The notes below the pieces were generated by a model, which worked only from the letters and a program-made list of their open reading frames with translations, was not told the origin of the DNA and made no database searches. From Telmatocola sphagniphila (GTDB taxonomy: Bacteria > Planctomycetota > Planctomycetia > Gemmatales > Gemmataceae), in contig NZ_CP074694.1 in NCBI RefSeq assembly GCF_018398935.1, forward strand, positions 2,370,001 to 2,402,000: a stretch of DNA of 32,000 bases, in the 5' to 3' direction. Within the stretch, counting starts at the first letter, position 1, and every line of letters begins with the position of its first letter. The translations under genes and the position numbers were made by a program. Below are positions 9,712 through 17,608 of this stretch, one piece after another.

Positions 9712-9789
9712 TCGATCCGTTTTTCTCAAAAGGTAGTGGGCGATACAGTTTGCCGGCCAGGCAAATCGAGATTTTTCCGGAGTTCCTTC

Positions 9790-10449
9790 TTAACCATTCT
9801 GCAGCCAGCCTTGCTGCACGGCGTACCGGACCAGATCGGCCCGACTATGAAGTCCCAATTTATCCATCGCCCGGGAGCGATAGGTCTCGACAGTTTTAAT
9901 GCTTAACTCCAGACGGGCTGCAATTTCTTTATTGCTGTACCCGGCGGCGGTTCGCTTCGCCACCTCGGTCTCCCGATCGCTCAATTCCATCGATTGAGAA
10001 TTTTCCCCGACCGGTTTTCGCACAAATCCGCCGACAACTTTACTTGCCATGATCGGATCCAGATAGACTCCCCCGGCGGCCACGGCACGGATCGCATGAA
10101 TCAGTTCTTCCGGTGCCGCCCGTTTCAGCACATAGCCCGCGGCTCCGGCGGCGAGCAACTGCCGGATGTATCCTTTATCTTCATGTACGGTTAGAGCCAG
10201 CACTCGAATCGTCGCGCATTCCTGACGCAAGCGACTGGTTGCTTGCGATCCGCTCAACCCCGGCATTGAAACGTCCATGACCACGACATCCGGTTTCAAA
10301 GTCAGAACAAGTTGGCAGGCTTCGATGCCATTCGAAGCTTCTCCAACGACTTGCATGGTGGATTGGGCGTTGATGAGAGCTTTTAAACCCTCTCGGACGA
10401 CAGCATGATCATCCGCCAAAAAAATTCGCAATTTGTTTGCTCGTATCAT
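9790..10449 (-). CDS. NarL/FixJ-family response regulator (REC + LuxR-type HTH)
   Basis: RIFLADDHAVVREGL...PDVVVMDVSMPGLSG receiver, followed by LSDRETEVAKRTAAGYSNKEIAARLELSIKTVETYRSRAMDKLG HTH. ATG 10449 is preceded by GAGGAA; the track's TTG at 10455 is less likely. Confidence 0.93.
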   Translation of the reverse strand: MIRANKLRIFLADDHAVVREGLKALINAQSTMQVVGEASNGIEACQLVLTLKPDVVVMDVSMPGLSGSQATSRLRQECATIRVLALTVHEDKGYIRQLLAAGAAGYVLKRAAPEELIHAIRAVAAGGVYLDPIMASKVVGGFVRKPVGENSQSMELSDRETEVAKRTAAGYSNKEIAARLELSIKTVETYRSRAMDKLGLHSRADLVRYAVQQGWLQNG

Positions 10450-10469
10450 GTCCAATTTCCTCAGCCTTT

Positions 10470-12398
10470 TTACGTTAGCGGAATTCGAGCGATGACCGTC
10501 GTGCCCTGATTCAGACCAGATTCCACTACCAGTGTACCGCCTACCAAGGCTACCCGTTCGCGCATTCCCAGAATGCCCAACCGATTCACATCCACGGCCT
10601 CGGCATCAAAACCTCGACCATCATCTTCCACCAGGGCCGAGACGAAATCAATTTTGCGCTGCAGAACGACGCTAACCCTTTGAGCCGTGGCATGCTTGAG
10701 GATATTGGTGAGCGCTTCCTGGATGACTCGATAGATTGCGGTTTCGATAGCGGGAGGAAGTCGATTCACATCGAGACCCACGCTGTGAAAATCCAGTTCA
10801 ATTCCCGTCCGTTCGGACCATCCTTCCGTGTAATTTACCAGAGCGGCTTGCAGCCCGAGATCGTCCAGTGCGGTGGGACGGAGTTCCAAAGCGAGGTGGT
10901 GGATTTCTTTACCAATTAAATCGGTCATCGTTTGCAGCGATTGCAGTCGATCGCGTTCCAGCGACGGATCGGCGGTGGCATCCTTGGCCACTTTCAAGCC
11001 GAGCCCGAGGGCAGTCAGGTGCTGACCCATCTCATCGTGGAGTTCGCGGGCAATCCGTCGGCGTTCATCCTCTTGAACGGTCGTCAATTGCTGCTGCAAA
11101 TTGCGTCGATCCGCTTCCGCTGCTTCGCGAAGGCGAATCTCATTCTTTAGCGACTCGTTGGCCTCAGCCAGTTCGACCGTGCGTTTCTGCACCCGGATTT
11201 CCAGACTAGCATGAGCAATTTCCAGAGCGTATTGCGCTCTCTTGCGATCAGTAACATCGCGGATATTGCACTGGATCACTTTCGTTTCGCCGACATCGTA
11301 GATATTACTGACGAATTCCACCTCAATTTGTCGATCGTCGTGAGTCCTCAAAGGAAGATCGTCGTAGCGAATATATCCTTCGCGAAGCAATTTCCCAAAA
11401 GCGACTTTGTTGGCATCGGCCTCCTGGAACAAACCAATCTCCCACAACTCTTTACCGACTAAATCGGAGTGCGAATAGCCCAGGAGATCCGTCAGGAAGG
11501 GGTTGGCGTCGAAAATTTTCCGGTCTCTGGGATGGACTAGCAGGATGCCGTCCTGTGCCGTTTCGAATAGGCGACGGTAGCGCGTCTCGGAGACCGCCAG
11601 CGCTTCGTTCGCCTGTTGGCGATGAGTGGCGTCCTCGATGGACAGGAGGACCAGACCGGGACTGAAGCTTTTCCCCGGTAATCGCCGGGCATTAAGGACC
11701 ATGGTGCGGCGACCCAGCTTCTGGAACTCATGCTCGACGATAAAATCGTCGAAGTGGCTACCCTCGGAGACGATTCGCTGGAGCAGAGTTCGCAACTCCG
11801 GGATTTCCCAGGGTTGATCTCCCAAAGTGAAAAGCGACTTCGACTCGGTTTCAGCGGGAGTGAGTCGAAAAGTATTATAAAACGCCCGATTCGCCAGTCG
11901 AACTCGAAGCTCCGAATCCAGAACCAAGAGTGGTTCGCGGACCGTTTGAACTATCCCCTCGGCAAATACTCGGGCATCCTCCACCGCTTGGGCAATTCGT
12001 TGCCGGTCGGATACATCGCAGAAAAACAATACCGCACCAACAACCTGTTGGTCGGAATTTCGGACCGGAGAAGTTCCATGATCGATACGGCATCGGCTCT
12101 GATTCCGTCCGATCAGAACGGTATGATCGGAGAGTTGCTGCGGCATACCCGTCAGGAGAACCTCCACGAGCACATCGGTGATCGGCTCGCCGTTGGCTTC
12201 TCTTTCAATCCGGAAAACCAGATTTATGGGTTGACCGATCGCCTCCGATCTGGACCAGCCGGTGAGCTTTTCCGCCACCGAATTCACCAGTCGAATCTGA
12301 CCGGCCCGATCGACGACGAGGATCGCCATCCCGATGCCTTCCAAGGCCGAGGGAATCGAATCGGAGTATTGAATATCGTGCGGGAAACTCGGAGTCAT
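10470..12398 (-). CDS. Cytoplasmic multi-PAS sensor histidine kinase, HisKA_3 (NarX/DegS-type) + HATPase_c
   Basis: There are three PAS-like modules. The second (VREPLLVLDSELRVRLANRAFYNTF...GRRTMVLNARRL) resembles the PAS type found after CheB/CheR fusions. Coiled-coil linker, H-box RIARELHDEMGQHLTAL (His codon 11037-11039), ATPase motifs EDDGRGF and GILGMRERV. GGAG lies 5 nt upstream of ATG 12398. The stop is 20 nt before the NarL-type regulator. Confidence 0.92.
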   Translation of the reverse strand: MTPSFPHDIQYSDSIPSALEGIGMAILVVDRAGQIRLVNSVAEKLTGWSRSEAIGQPINLVFRIEREANGEPITDVLVEVLLTGMPQQLSDHTVLIGRNQSRCRIDHGTSPVRNSDQQVVGAVLFFCDVSDRQRIAQAVEDARVFAEGIVQTVREPLLVLDSELRVRLANRAFYNTFRLTPAETESKSLFTLGDQPWEIPELRTLLQRIVSEGSHFDDFIVEHEFQKLGRRTMVLNARRLPGKSFSPGLVLLSIEDATHRQQANEALAVSETRYRRLFETAQDGILLVHPRDRKIFDANPFLTDLLGYSHSDLVGKELWEIGLFQEADANKVAFGKLLREGYIRYDDLPLRTHDDRQIEVEFVSNIYDVGETKVIQCNIRDVTDRKRAQYALEIAHASLEIRVQKRTVELAEANESLKNEIRLREAAEADRRNLQQQLTTVQEDERRRIARELHDEMGQHLTALGLGLKVAKDATADPSLERDRLQSLQTMTDLIGKEIHHLALELRPTALDDLGLQAALVNYTEGWSERTGIELDFHSVGLDVNRLPPAIETAIYRVIQEALTNILKHATAQRVSVVLQRKIDFVSALVEDDGRGFDAEAVDVNRLGILGMRERVALVGGTLVVESGLNQGTTVIARIPLT

Positions 12399-12552
12399 CG
12401 GAGCTCCTTTTTGTTCCAGCCAGACTGAGACGGGGCACCTAATGGGTATCGATCACCCGATCCGCTTGAAAAAAGTCGGGAAAATGTGAACTCAATATTG
12501 AAGTGATTATACTGCCTCTGAACGGATGCAAGTACGATAAAATCCTACTCTC

Positions 12553-12891
12553 TCATTGACGAAGTCGTTGAAGTAAAACGGTTACCAGAACTAGAGAATT
12601 CTCGATCCCGAGCAAAGAATGTTGTTGTCTCCCCGCCAGATAAAGCATCTGACCGGCCACCATCTCGCTGGTGATTCCCGCATGGGAGATAGACATTTTC
12701 CCTTCCAGACACTGAATCGTGATTTCTCCATCGATCTGGTGTCCTGGCCATTCTTTCTCGGCCGGGAGAACAAAGCGTATGATTTCGAGATGGGGCGTTT
12801 TCACCAAGGTTCGAGTTTGAGCCTCGCCAAAGCTCTTCTCGAAGGGGAGCAGATCAATAACTTGCCCGGATAAGGCATGCGGTAGAGACAT
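12553..12891 (-). CDS. Small cupin-fold protein
   Basis: 112 aa. The pattern WPGHQIDGEITIQCLEGKMSISHAG...MLYLAGRQQHSL is a typical single-domain cupin beta-barrel. GAGG RBS upstream of ATG 12891. Confidence 0.75.
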   Translation of the reverse strand: MSLPHALSGQVIDLLPFEKSFGEAQTRTLVKTPHLEIIRFVLPAEKEWPGHQIDGEITIQCLEGKMSISHAGITSEMVAGQMLYLAGRQQHSLLGIENSLVLVTVLLQRLRQ

Positions 12892-13140
12892 ATCCCCTCT
12901 TACGGAGTGGTTGGGGAACGGAGACTCTAGTCCAACGCTCGACGCTGTTGGGTGAGATCCCTATTCCGGGTTATTCGATATTATGCTCCGCGATTGAGAT
13001 TTCGAGGAAGGGAAAAATGCATTCGATCAGTCAGTAAAACTCGCAAAATCCTGTCGGGCAATATCTGACAGCCGGAAACGGTTCTACCGTGAATTTTTCA
13101 TTCCCAAGATAGACACAAGCTTGCCTTTGCATCGTAAAAT

Positions 13141-14001
13141 TCAACTGGAGAAGTACTGGGAGCGGGAACTTTCCCAACATTCTCGCGACTCGTTTGAATC
13201 CGACCTCTTGGAATGAAGGGGCTCCTTTGCAACGCTTGAGGATTCGAGCTGCTCGCCAGCTGTACATTCTCTGACCATCTGAGTTCGAAGGACCTGCTCC
13301 ATAGCTTGAAGCACCTCGGCGGCACTCGCTCCATCGAGTACACGATGATCGAAACTCAGCCGCACGTTCAATTTTCCCGATTCCTCAAATACTCCAAAAT
13401 GTATCGTTGAGGTCAATAAGTTAGCCAAGTGCACTATGCCGGTTCCCTGCCCACCCAGCGAAGTTATCCCGAAAGTGCCAAAATTTCGCGCCCGGCAAGC
13501 GCCGGAAACATTCAGACCCAACCACCAGATCAGACGACGGAACGGCCAAGGGACACGGCTGAGTCGAGTGGCATTTCGATAAGCGGAAATTGTCTCGAGC
13601 GGATTGTGTTGGGCCGCATGGATTTGCCTGTCCAACTCAGACAGCGTGGAGGACTCGGGAGCATTCAACTGAATCTGCAAAACGATCCGTTCGGACTGAA
13701 ATTTACGATCCAGATTCAGCGTGGCGCAACTTTGATCATGTTCGTAGAGCTTCGGCCAGGGGAATTTCAAATACGAAGTCCGGACCAGCGACTGCTCCCG
13801 CGCCACCAGAGCATACGCTTTTATAAAGATTGCAGACCAAGTGGGGGAAGGTTCCGCGCAGTTACGAGCGGCCATGAGTTCAGAGAGGTCCATCGTTCGT
13901 TCGATCGTAGTCGAAGGAACCTGCCGACTGAAATGCATGTTGTCGACGACCAAGCGACGAAAGTAGCTCACGGATCTATACCGTTTTGAAACCTCAGCCA
14001 T
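13141..14001 (-). CDS. Stand-alone 2-oxoacid dehydrogenase E2-like acyltransferase catalytic domain (CAT-like fold), no lipoyl domain
   Basis: The catalytic-type motif SFDHRVLDGASAAEVLQAMEQVL (DHRxxDG) lies near the C-terminus. Upstream WSAIFIKAYALV and GTFGITSLG segments are typical of the E2 catalytic core. GGAGGA RBS before ATG 14001. Confidence 0.7.
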   Translation of the reverse strand: MAEVSKRYRSVSYFRRLVVDNMHFSRQVPSTTIERTMDLSELMAARNCAEPSPTWSAIFIKAYALVAREQSLVRTSYLKFPWPKLYEHDQSCATLNLDRKFQSERIVLQIQLNAPESSTLSELDRQIHAAQHNPLETISAYRNATRLSRVPWPFRRLIWWLGLNVSGACRARNFGTFGITSLGGQGTGIVHLANLLTSTIHFGVFEESGKLNVRLSFDHRVLDGASAAEVLQAMEQVLRTQMVRECTAGEQLESSSVAKEPLHSKRSDSNESRECWESSRSQYFSS

Positions 14002-14412
14002 GAAAAGGCTCCTCCGCGGGGAACTCGGGGACGAAGCTGCTCGCTGAGGAATTTTTATTGAGGTCCAAATTCTCTCCCGGGGCGATCGACAAAGTTATTG
14101 TTATGCCGAACGAATTTTCGGGCGTCCGGAATCGGGAATAATTTTTGTCCGCAAATCCGACTCGTCTATGCCGGGGAAAACCTGACGGGCTGCACGAAGT
14201 GTGGAACTCATATAGTTCTTCAACAGTGTTCAAACGGTCGTGATTACCGTAAGTCCCTTCGGCTTATTGCCCCAGGTCCGGGAAGATTTCCTGACATAAC
14301 GTCTCTCGTTTCTCTCTCCTGCTGTCGCGCCGGGTTCCCGATACTAACAATTCGCTGTCTTATACGTTTGGTTAGGCCGTCTCGAAAACCCAGTTTGATA
14401 GGTTGTCATCGA

Positions 14413-14643
14413 ATGGATTTGGATGGGGAATTAGAAAAAACTATCCGCCGCGAGATCATGTGGGAGCCCAACGCTCGGGACTCACAGATCAACATTTCTG
14501 TGGAGGAAGGTCACGTCCTACTGGGGGGCTGGGTGAATTCTTACGCCGAAAAATGGGCGGTCGAGAAAATAGCGAGTCGTGTCGCGGGGATTCGTGGATT
14601 TGCCACCACATTAGCTCTTCGAGGATCGGGATATCCGCTCTAA
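14413..14643 (+). CDS. Small BON-domain protein (OsmY-like)
   Basis: INISVEEGHVLLGGWVNSYAEKWAVEKIASRVAGIRG fits the BON pattern (V.dG.V.L.G.V.s..ek..ae..a..v.GV). The start is taken at the first ATG (14413) within track ORF 14098-14643. The upstream part of that ORF looks non-coding (Cys/Arg-rich). Confidence 0.6.
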   Translation: MDLDGELEKTIRREIMWEPNARDSQINISVEEGHVLLGGWVNSYAEKWAVEKIASRVAGIRGFATTLALRGSGYPL

Positions 14644-14775
14644 AAATCCTCCCGATTTGGAAGTTTTGAGATTGCAGAATTTGTCGGTTTGAGATCGAAA
14701 CATCACGTGGGAATCTCCGGCTGCTTTTTCCCGAAAGGGAAATCGGGCATTCCTACACCTCTACGAAAGATCCTT

Positions 14776-15039
14776 ATGATTGGCACCGAATTGGAATTGC
14801 TTGCTTTACCCCCTTTTCAGCTCGCGGACATGGAGGGAATATCCCGTGCCGGTTGGGGCGCGGCCGCCCGTCACGCGATCGATCAGGCGTCGCGGGCATT
14901 CGATCACATCCAGGGATTGGACGTGATTTCCAGTGAGATCGTCATTCTTGATGGAGGCATTAAAGAGTACCACATCGCCATTAAGTTGTCCTATTCCCCA
15001 AAAAGTTTACGGCAGATGAATATTGCCCGGCCGATGTGA
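14776..15039 (+). CDS. Dodecin-like (DUF1458-fold) small protein
   Basis: GAAARHAIDQASRAFDHIQGLDVISSEIVILDGGIKEYHIAIKLSY aligns by eye with bacterial dodecins (..AAIQ.A..RA..T.R.LDWFEV..IRG.I..G.V.EYQV.L.VGF). The flavin-stacking Trp position is Gly here. The start is uncertain: ATG 14776, or the alternative-codon start at 14689 that the ORF track uses. Confidence 0.5.
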   Translation: MIGTELELLALPPFQLADMEGISRAGWGAAARHAIDQASRAFDHIQGLDVISSEIVILDGGIKEYHIAIKLSYSPKSLRQMNIARPM

Positions 15040-15102
15040 TAATCCGACCCGGTATATCTTCGGCCTGTACCGTTTATTTCCCCAATGTTTTGAAAGCTTA
15101 TT

Positions 15103-15807
15103 ATGAATTCTCCACCACGGATTGATCGGCTGGCTTCCCTGAACGGTCGTCATGAGCATACTTACGAAGCAATTTTTCGTCACCCGGTGGCACACAATTT
15201 GGAGTGGCACGACGTGCGTTCCTTGCTTCGAGCTCTAGGAGATCTCGAGGAAGAAAAGAATGACTCCCTTCATTTTTCCCGGCATGGACAATTGATCAGC
15301 TTCCATCCCTCCCAGCGGAAGGACGTCTCCGCGGCGGATGTTCTGGCATTGCGCAAGTTTCTATTGCTGACTCCGGACTCGCCGGCTGAAACGCCGAGCC
15401 TTTCCGCCGCGCATCTACTCGTGATTATCGATCATCAGGGAGCGAAGATTTACCACACGGAGATGCGCGGAGCAGTCCCTCAGGAGTTTCAGCCCTATGA
15501 TCCGCACGGATTTCGACAGCATTTGCATTCGAAAAATGAAGAGACGGACGGCAAACGAACTCCGGAGCGAAAAAGTTTTTATGAAGCAATTGCCCAGACT
15601 CTGCGCGGTGCTCGTCAGATCCTGATTTTCGGTTCGGGCACCGGAGAAAGCAACGCCATGGATCATCTGGTAGCCGAGCTCAAGCAGAATCACAAAGATG
15701 TAGCGGCTCAGATTTTAAGCACTCAGATCGTGGATACTCACCACACCACGGAAAACGAATTGCTTGCCCAAGCACGGGAATACTTCGCTTCGAAGCTCAC
15801 TTCGTAG
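15103..15807 (+). CDS. Hypothetical two-part protein (N-terminal ~95 aa resembling small HicA-like/YcfA-like proteins; C-terminal ~135 aa alpha/beta module of unknown function)
   Basis: A 234-aa ORF on the same strand as, and closely spaced with, the flanking stress-type genes. The N-terminus is HTYEAIFRHPVAHNLEWHDVRSLLRALG...FHPSQRKDVSAADVLALRKFL. The C-terminus is LLVIIDHQGAKIYHTE...ILIFGSGTGESNAMDHLVAEL...HHTTENELLAQAREYF. Confidence 0.7.
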   Translation: MNSPPRIDRLASLNGRHEHTYEAIFRHPVAHNLEWHDVRSLLRALGDLEEEKNDSLHFSRHGQLISFHPSQRKDVSAADVLALRKFLLLTPDSPAETPSLSAAHLLVIIDHQGAKIYHTEMRGAVPQEFQPYDPHGFRQHLHSKNEETDGKRTPERKSFYEAIAQTLRGARQILIFGSGTGESNAMDHLVAELKQNHKDVAAQILSTQIVDTHHTTENELLAQAREYFASKLTS

Positions 15808-15815
15808 CTCACACA

Positions 15816-15836
15816 GAGCGAGGCAATTCCTCGCTC
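15816..15836 (+). repeat. GC-rich hairpin element, copy 1 (gagcgagg-caatt-cctcgctc)
   Basis: A perfect 8-bp stem starting 9 nt after the stop at 15807. Nearly the same 24-nt sequence recurs at 31648-31671. Confidence 0.5.
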
Positions 15837-15857
15837 GTCATTAAGAGGTCACTGAAT

Positions 15858-16397
15858 ATGTCGGAAATGAACACTGTCGTGGCATTCTTCGATTCGCATG
15901 ACAAAGCGGAAAAGACGATTCGCCAGCTCCAAAAGGACGGCTTCGATATGAAGAAGCTGTCGATTATCGGCCGTGACTATCACACCGAGGAACACGCGAT
16001 CGGATATTACAATTCCGGGGACCGCATGCTCTACTGGGGAAAGCAAGGCGCTTTCTGGGGCGGAGTATGGGGCCTGCTCTTCGGTGCGGCGTTCTTCTGG
16101 GTGCCTGGTGTCGGGCCACTACTCATAGCCGGTCCGTTGATCACTTGTATCGTGGCGGCTCTGGAAAGTGCCGTTGTGGTAGGTGGGATGAGTGTCCTGG
16201 GAGGTGCGCTGGCCAGTATCGGAATTCCAGAAAACAGCATCATCCAGTTCGAATCCGAAGTGAAAAATGGCAAATATCTACTGACACTTCAGGGTACGCC
16301 CGAGGAAATGAACCGGGCGAAGACACTCCTTTCGAGCTCCGGCGCCCTGAAGACGCATTCTTATCAAGCCAAGCTTCCCACCGCGGTGCTCGTTTGA
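15858..16397 (+). CDS. General-stress-protein-17M (YflT)-like domain membrane protein (DUF1269-like)
   Basis: The N-terminal VVAFFDSHDKAEKTIRQLQKDGFDMKKLSIIGRD matches the YflT/GSP17M-type domain. The central region is Gly-rich TM/glycine-zipper (GAFWGGVWGLLFGAAFFWVPGVGPLLIAGPLI...VVVGGMSVLGGALASIG). The C-terminus is IPENSIIQFESEVKNGKYLL. AAGAGG RBS. Confidence 0.75.
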   Translation: MSEMNTVVAFFDSHDKAEKTIRQLQKDGFDMKKLSIIGRDYHTEEHAIGYYNSGDRMLYWGKQGAFWGGVWGLLFGAAFFWVPGVGPLLIAGPLITCIVAALESAVVVGGMSVLGGALASIGIPENSIIQFESEVKNGKYLLTLQGTPEEMNRAKTLLSSSGALKTHSYQAKLPTAVLV

Positions 16398-16465
16398 TTT
16401 ATGGCAGTAGCCGCACTGCAAAAAACATCGCCCTACTTTTTAGACATTTTAATTAGGAGCACCGT

Positions 16466-17035
16466 TTGACTACTTCATCGATCGTCCGTCCGGATGGGGC
16501 TCACCTTAAAGAGCCGATTATTCCTTCGAAGCATGGCGAAACGCAGTCTTTCAGCATCGCCCGCCGCAACCCTCTGGCTCTCGATTCGAAAGTTGCCGCC
16601 TCGAGCATAGACAATCTCAATCAGCTTCTGGCCGATACGATCACTCTCCGGGACTTATACAAGAAGCATCACTGGCAGGCTTCCGGACCGATGTTCTACG
16701 TCTTCCATCTGTTGTTTGACAAGCATTTTGAAGAACAATCCAAGCTCACCGACCTCCTGGCGGAACGGGTGCAGACGCTGGGCGGAGTCTGCTTTGCCAT
16801 GGCTCCGGATGTCGCCGAAGCCACGATCATTCCACGCGCGCCCAACGGACGAGAAGACACGGCCACTCAAATCGCCCGCTTGCTTCAAGCTCATGAAATC
16901 ATTCTTCTGGAAGCCAGAACAATGGCGCGCGACGCCGCCTCCGCCGGAGATTTGGGATCCAATGACATCATTGTCTCCAACGTCATTCGAACGAGTGAAT
17001 TGCAGGTCTGGTTTCTTGCTGAACATGTTCAATAA
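16466..17035 (+). CDS. dps: Dps-family DNA-protection/ferritin-like protein
   Basis: LNQLLADTITLRDLYKKHHWQASGPMFYVFHLLFDKHFEEQSKLTDLLAERVQTLGG is the canonical Dps ferroxidase-site region (HW....G..F..LH..FD...E). The TTG start at 16466 is supported by AGGAG at 16455-16459. Confidence 0.9.
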   Translation: MTTSSIVRPDGAHLKEPIIPSKHGETQSFSIARRNPLALDSKVAASSIDNLNQLLADTITLRDLYKKHHWQASGPMFYVFHLLFDKHFEEQSKLTDLLAERVQTLGGVCFAMAPDVAEATIIPRAPNGREDTATQIARLLQAHEIILLEARTMARDAASAGDLGSNDIIVSNVIRTSELQVWFLAEHVQ

Positions 17036-17110
17036 GGTCGCCGATTCCGAGATTGTGACATTTGGCTCTCGATGTTCAATCCAGATCGACTGCCGTGAAG
17101 GAGATAACTC

Positions 17111-17608
17111 ATGTACGACGAAATTGACACCTCTCCGAAGACGAGAATCAATCAGGCGCTGGCCCTACTGGGCTGGGTCGGAATCAGCTTTACTGCCTCC
17201 ATCACGGGAATCATTGTTTCAACGGAAGGCTGGTTTGAGGGACTTCAAAAACCCAGTTGGGAGCCTCCGAATTGGATATTTGGTCCGGTTTGGACATTCC
17301 TTTATCTTATGATGGGCCTCGCCGCCTGGTTTGTCTGGCGGAAGGGAGGATGGGCCCTGCAGCGGATTCCACTCTGGTTTTTTTTACTTCAGCTATTTTT
17401 GAACGCTTGTTGGACTCCGCTTTTCTTCGGCATGCATTTTCTGGAGTTGGCATTAGTTGAAATCGTGCTTCTTTGGCTGTCCCTAACGATCACGATGACC
17501 ACTTTCTTTCGCGTCAGCAAAACTGCCTTTTGTTTGATGATTCCTTATTGGTCCTGGGTCAGCTATGCGACGGCCTTGAACTTCATTATTTGGAGGATGA
17601 ACAGCTGA
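17111..17608 (+). CDS. tspO: TspO/MBR family tryptophan-rich sensory protein (tetrapyrrole-binding membrane protein)
   Basis: LQKPSWEPPNWIFGPVWTFLYLMMGLAAWFVW and LFLNACWTPLFFG are hallmark TspO motifs. Five hydrophobic helices. GGAG RBS before ATG 17111. Confidence 0.9.
   Translation: MYDEIDTSPKTRINQALALLGWVGISFTASITGIIVSTEGWFEGLQKPSWEPPNWIFGPVWTFLYLMMGLAAWFVWRKGGWALQRIPLWFFLLQLFLNACWTPLFFGMHFLELALVEIVLLWLSLTITMTTFFRVSKTAFCLMIPYWSWVSYATALNFIIWRMNS

Noticed and set aside
11730-12428. A 232-aa plus-strand ORF, plus other ORFs of 60-113 aa between 10680 and 12181.
   Set aside because: They are antisense to, or out of frame within, the PAS/HisKA_3 kinase, which has unambiguous domain motifs.
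13429-13989. A 186-aa plus-strand ORF.
   Set aside because: It is antisense to the E2-like acyltransferase (DHRxxDG motif, good RBS). It has an Arg/Pro/Ser-rich composition.
14262-14290. An SRP-RNA-like string (ccaggtccgggaag) and GGAAG-N14-CGTC, reminiscent of an EcfG-type (GGAAC-N16-17-CGTT) stress promoter upstream of the BON gene.
   Set aside because: These are only partial matches with the wrong spacing, and they do not recur upstream of the other stress genes. I cannot support either call.
16716-17312. A 198-aa plus-strand ORF bridging dps and tspO.
   Set aside because: It is out of frame with both Dps and TspO, which have diagnostic motifs and their own RBSs. The translation is Arg/Ser/Pro/Trp-rich noise.
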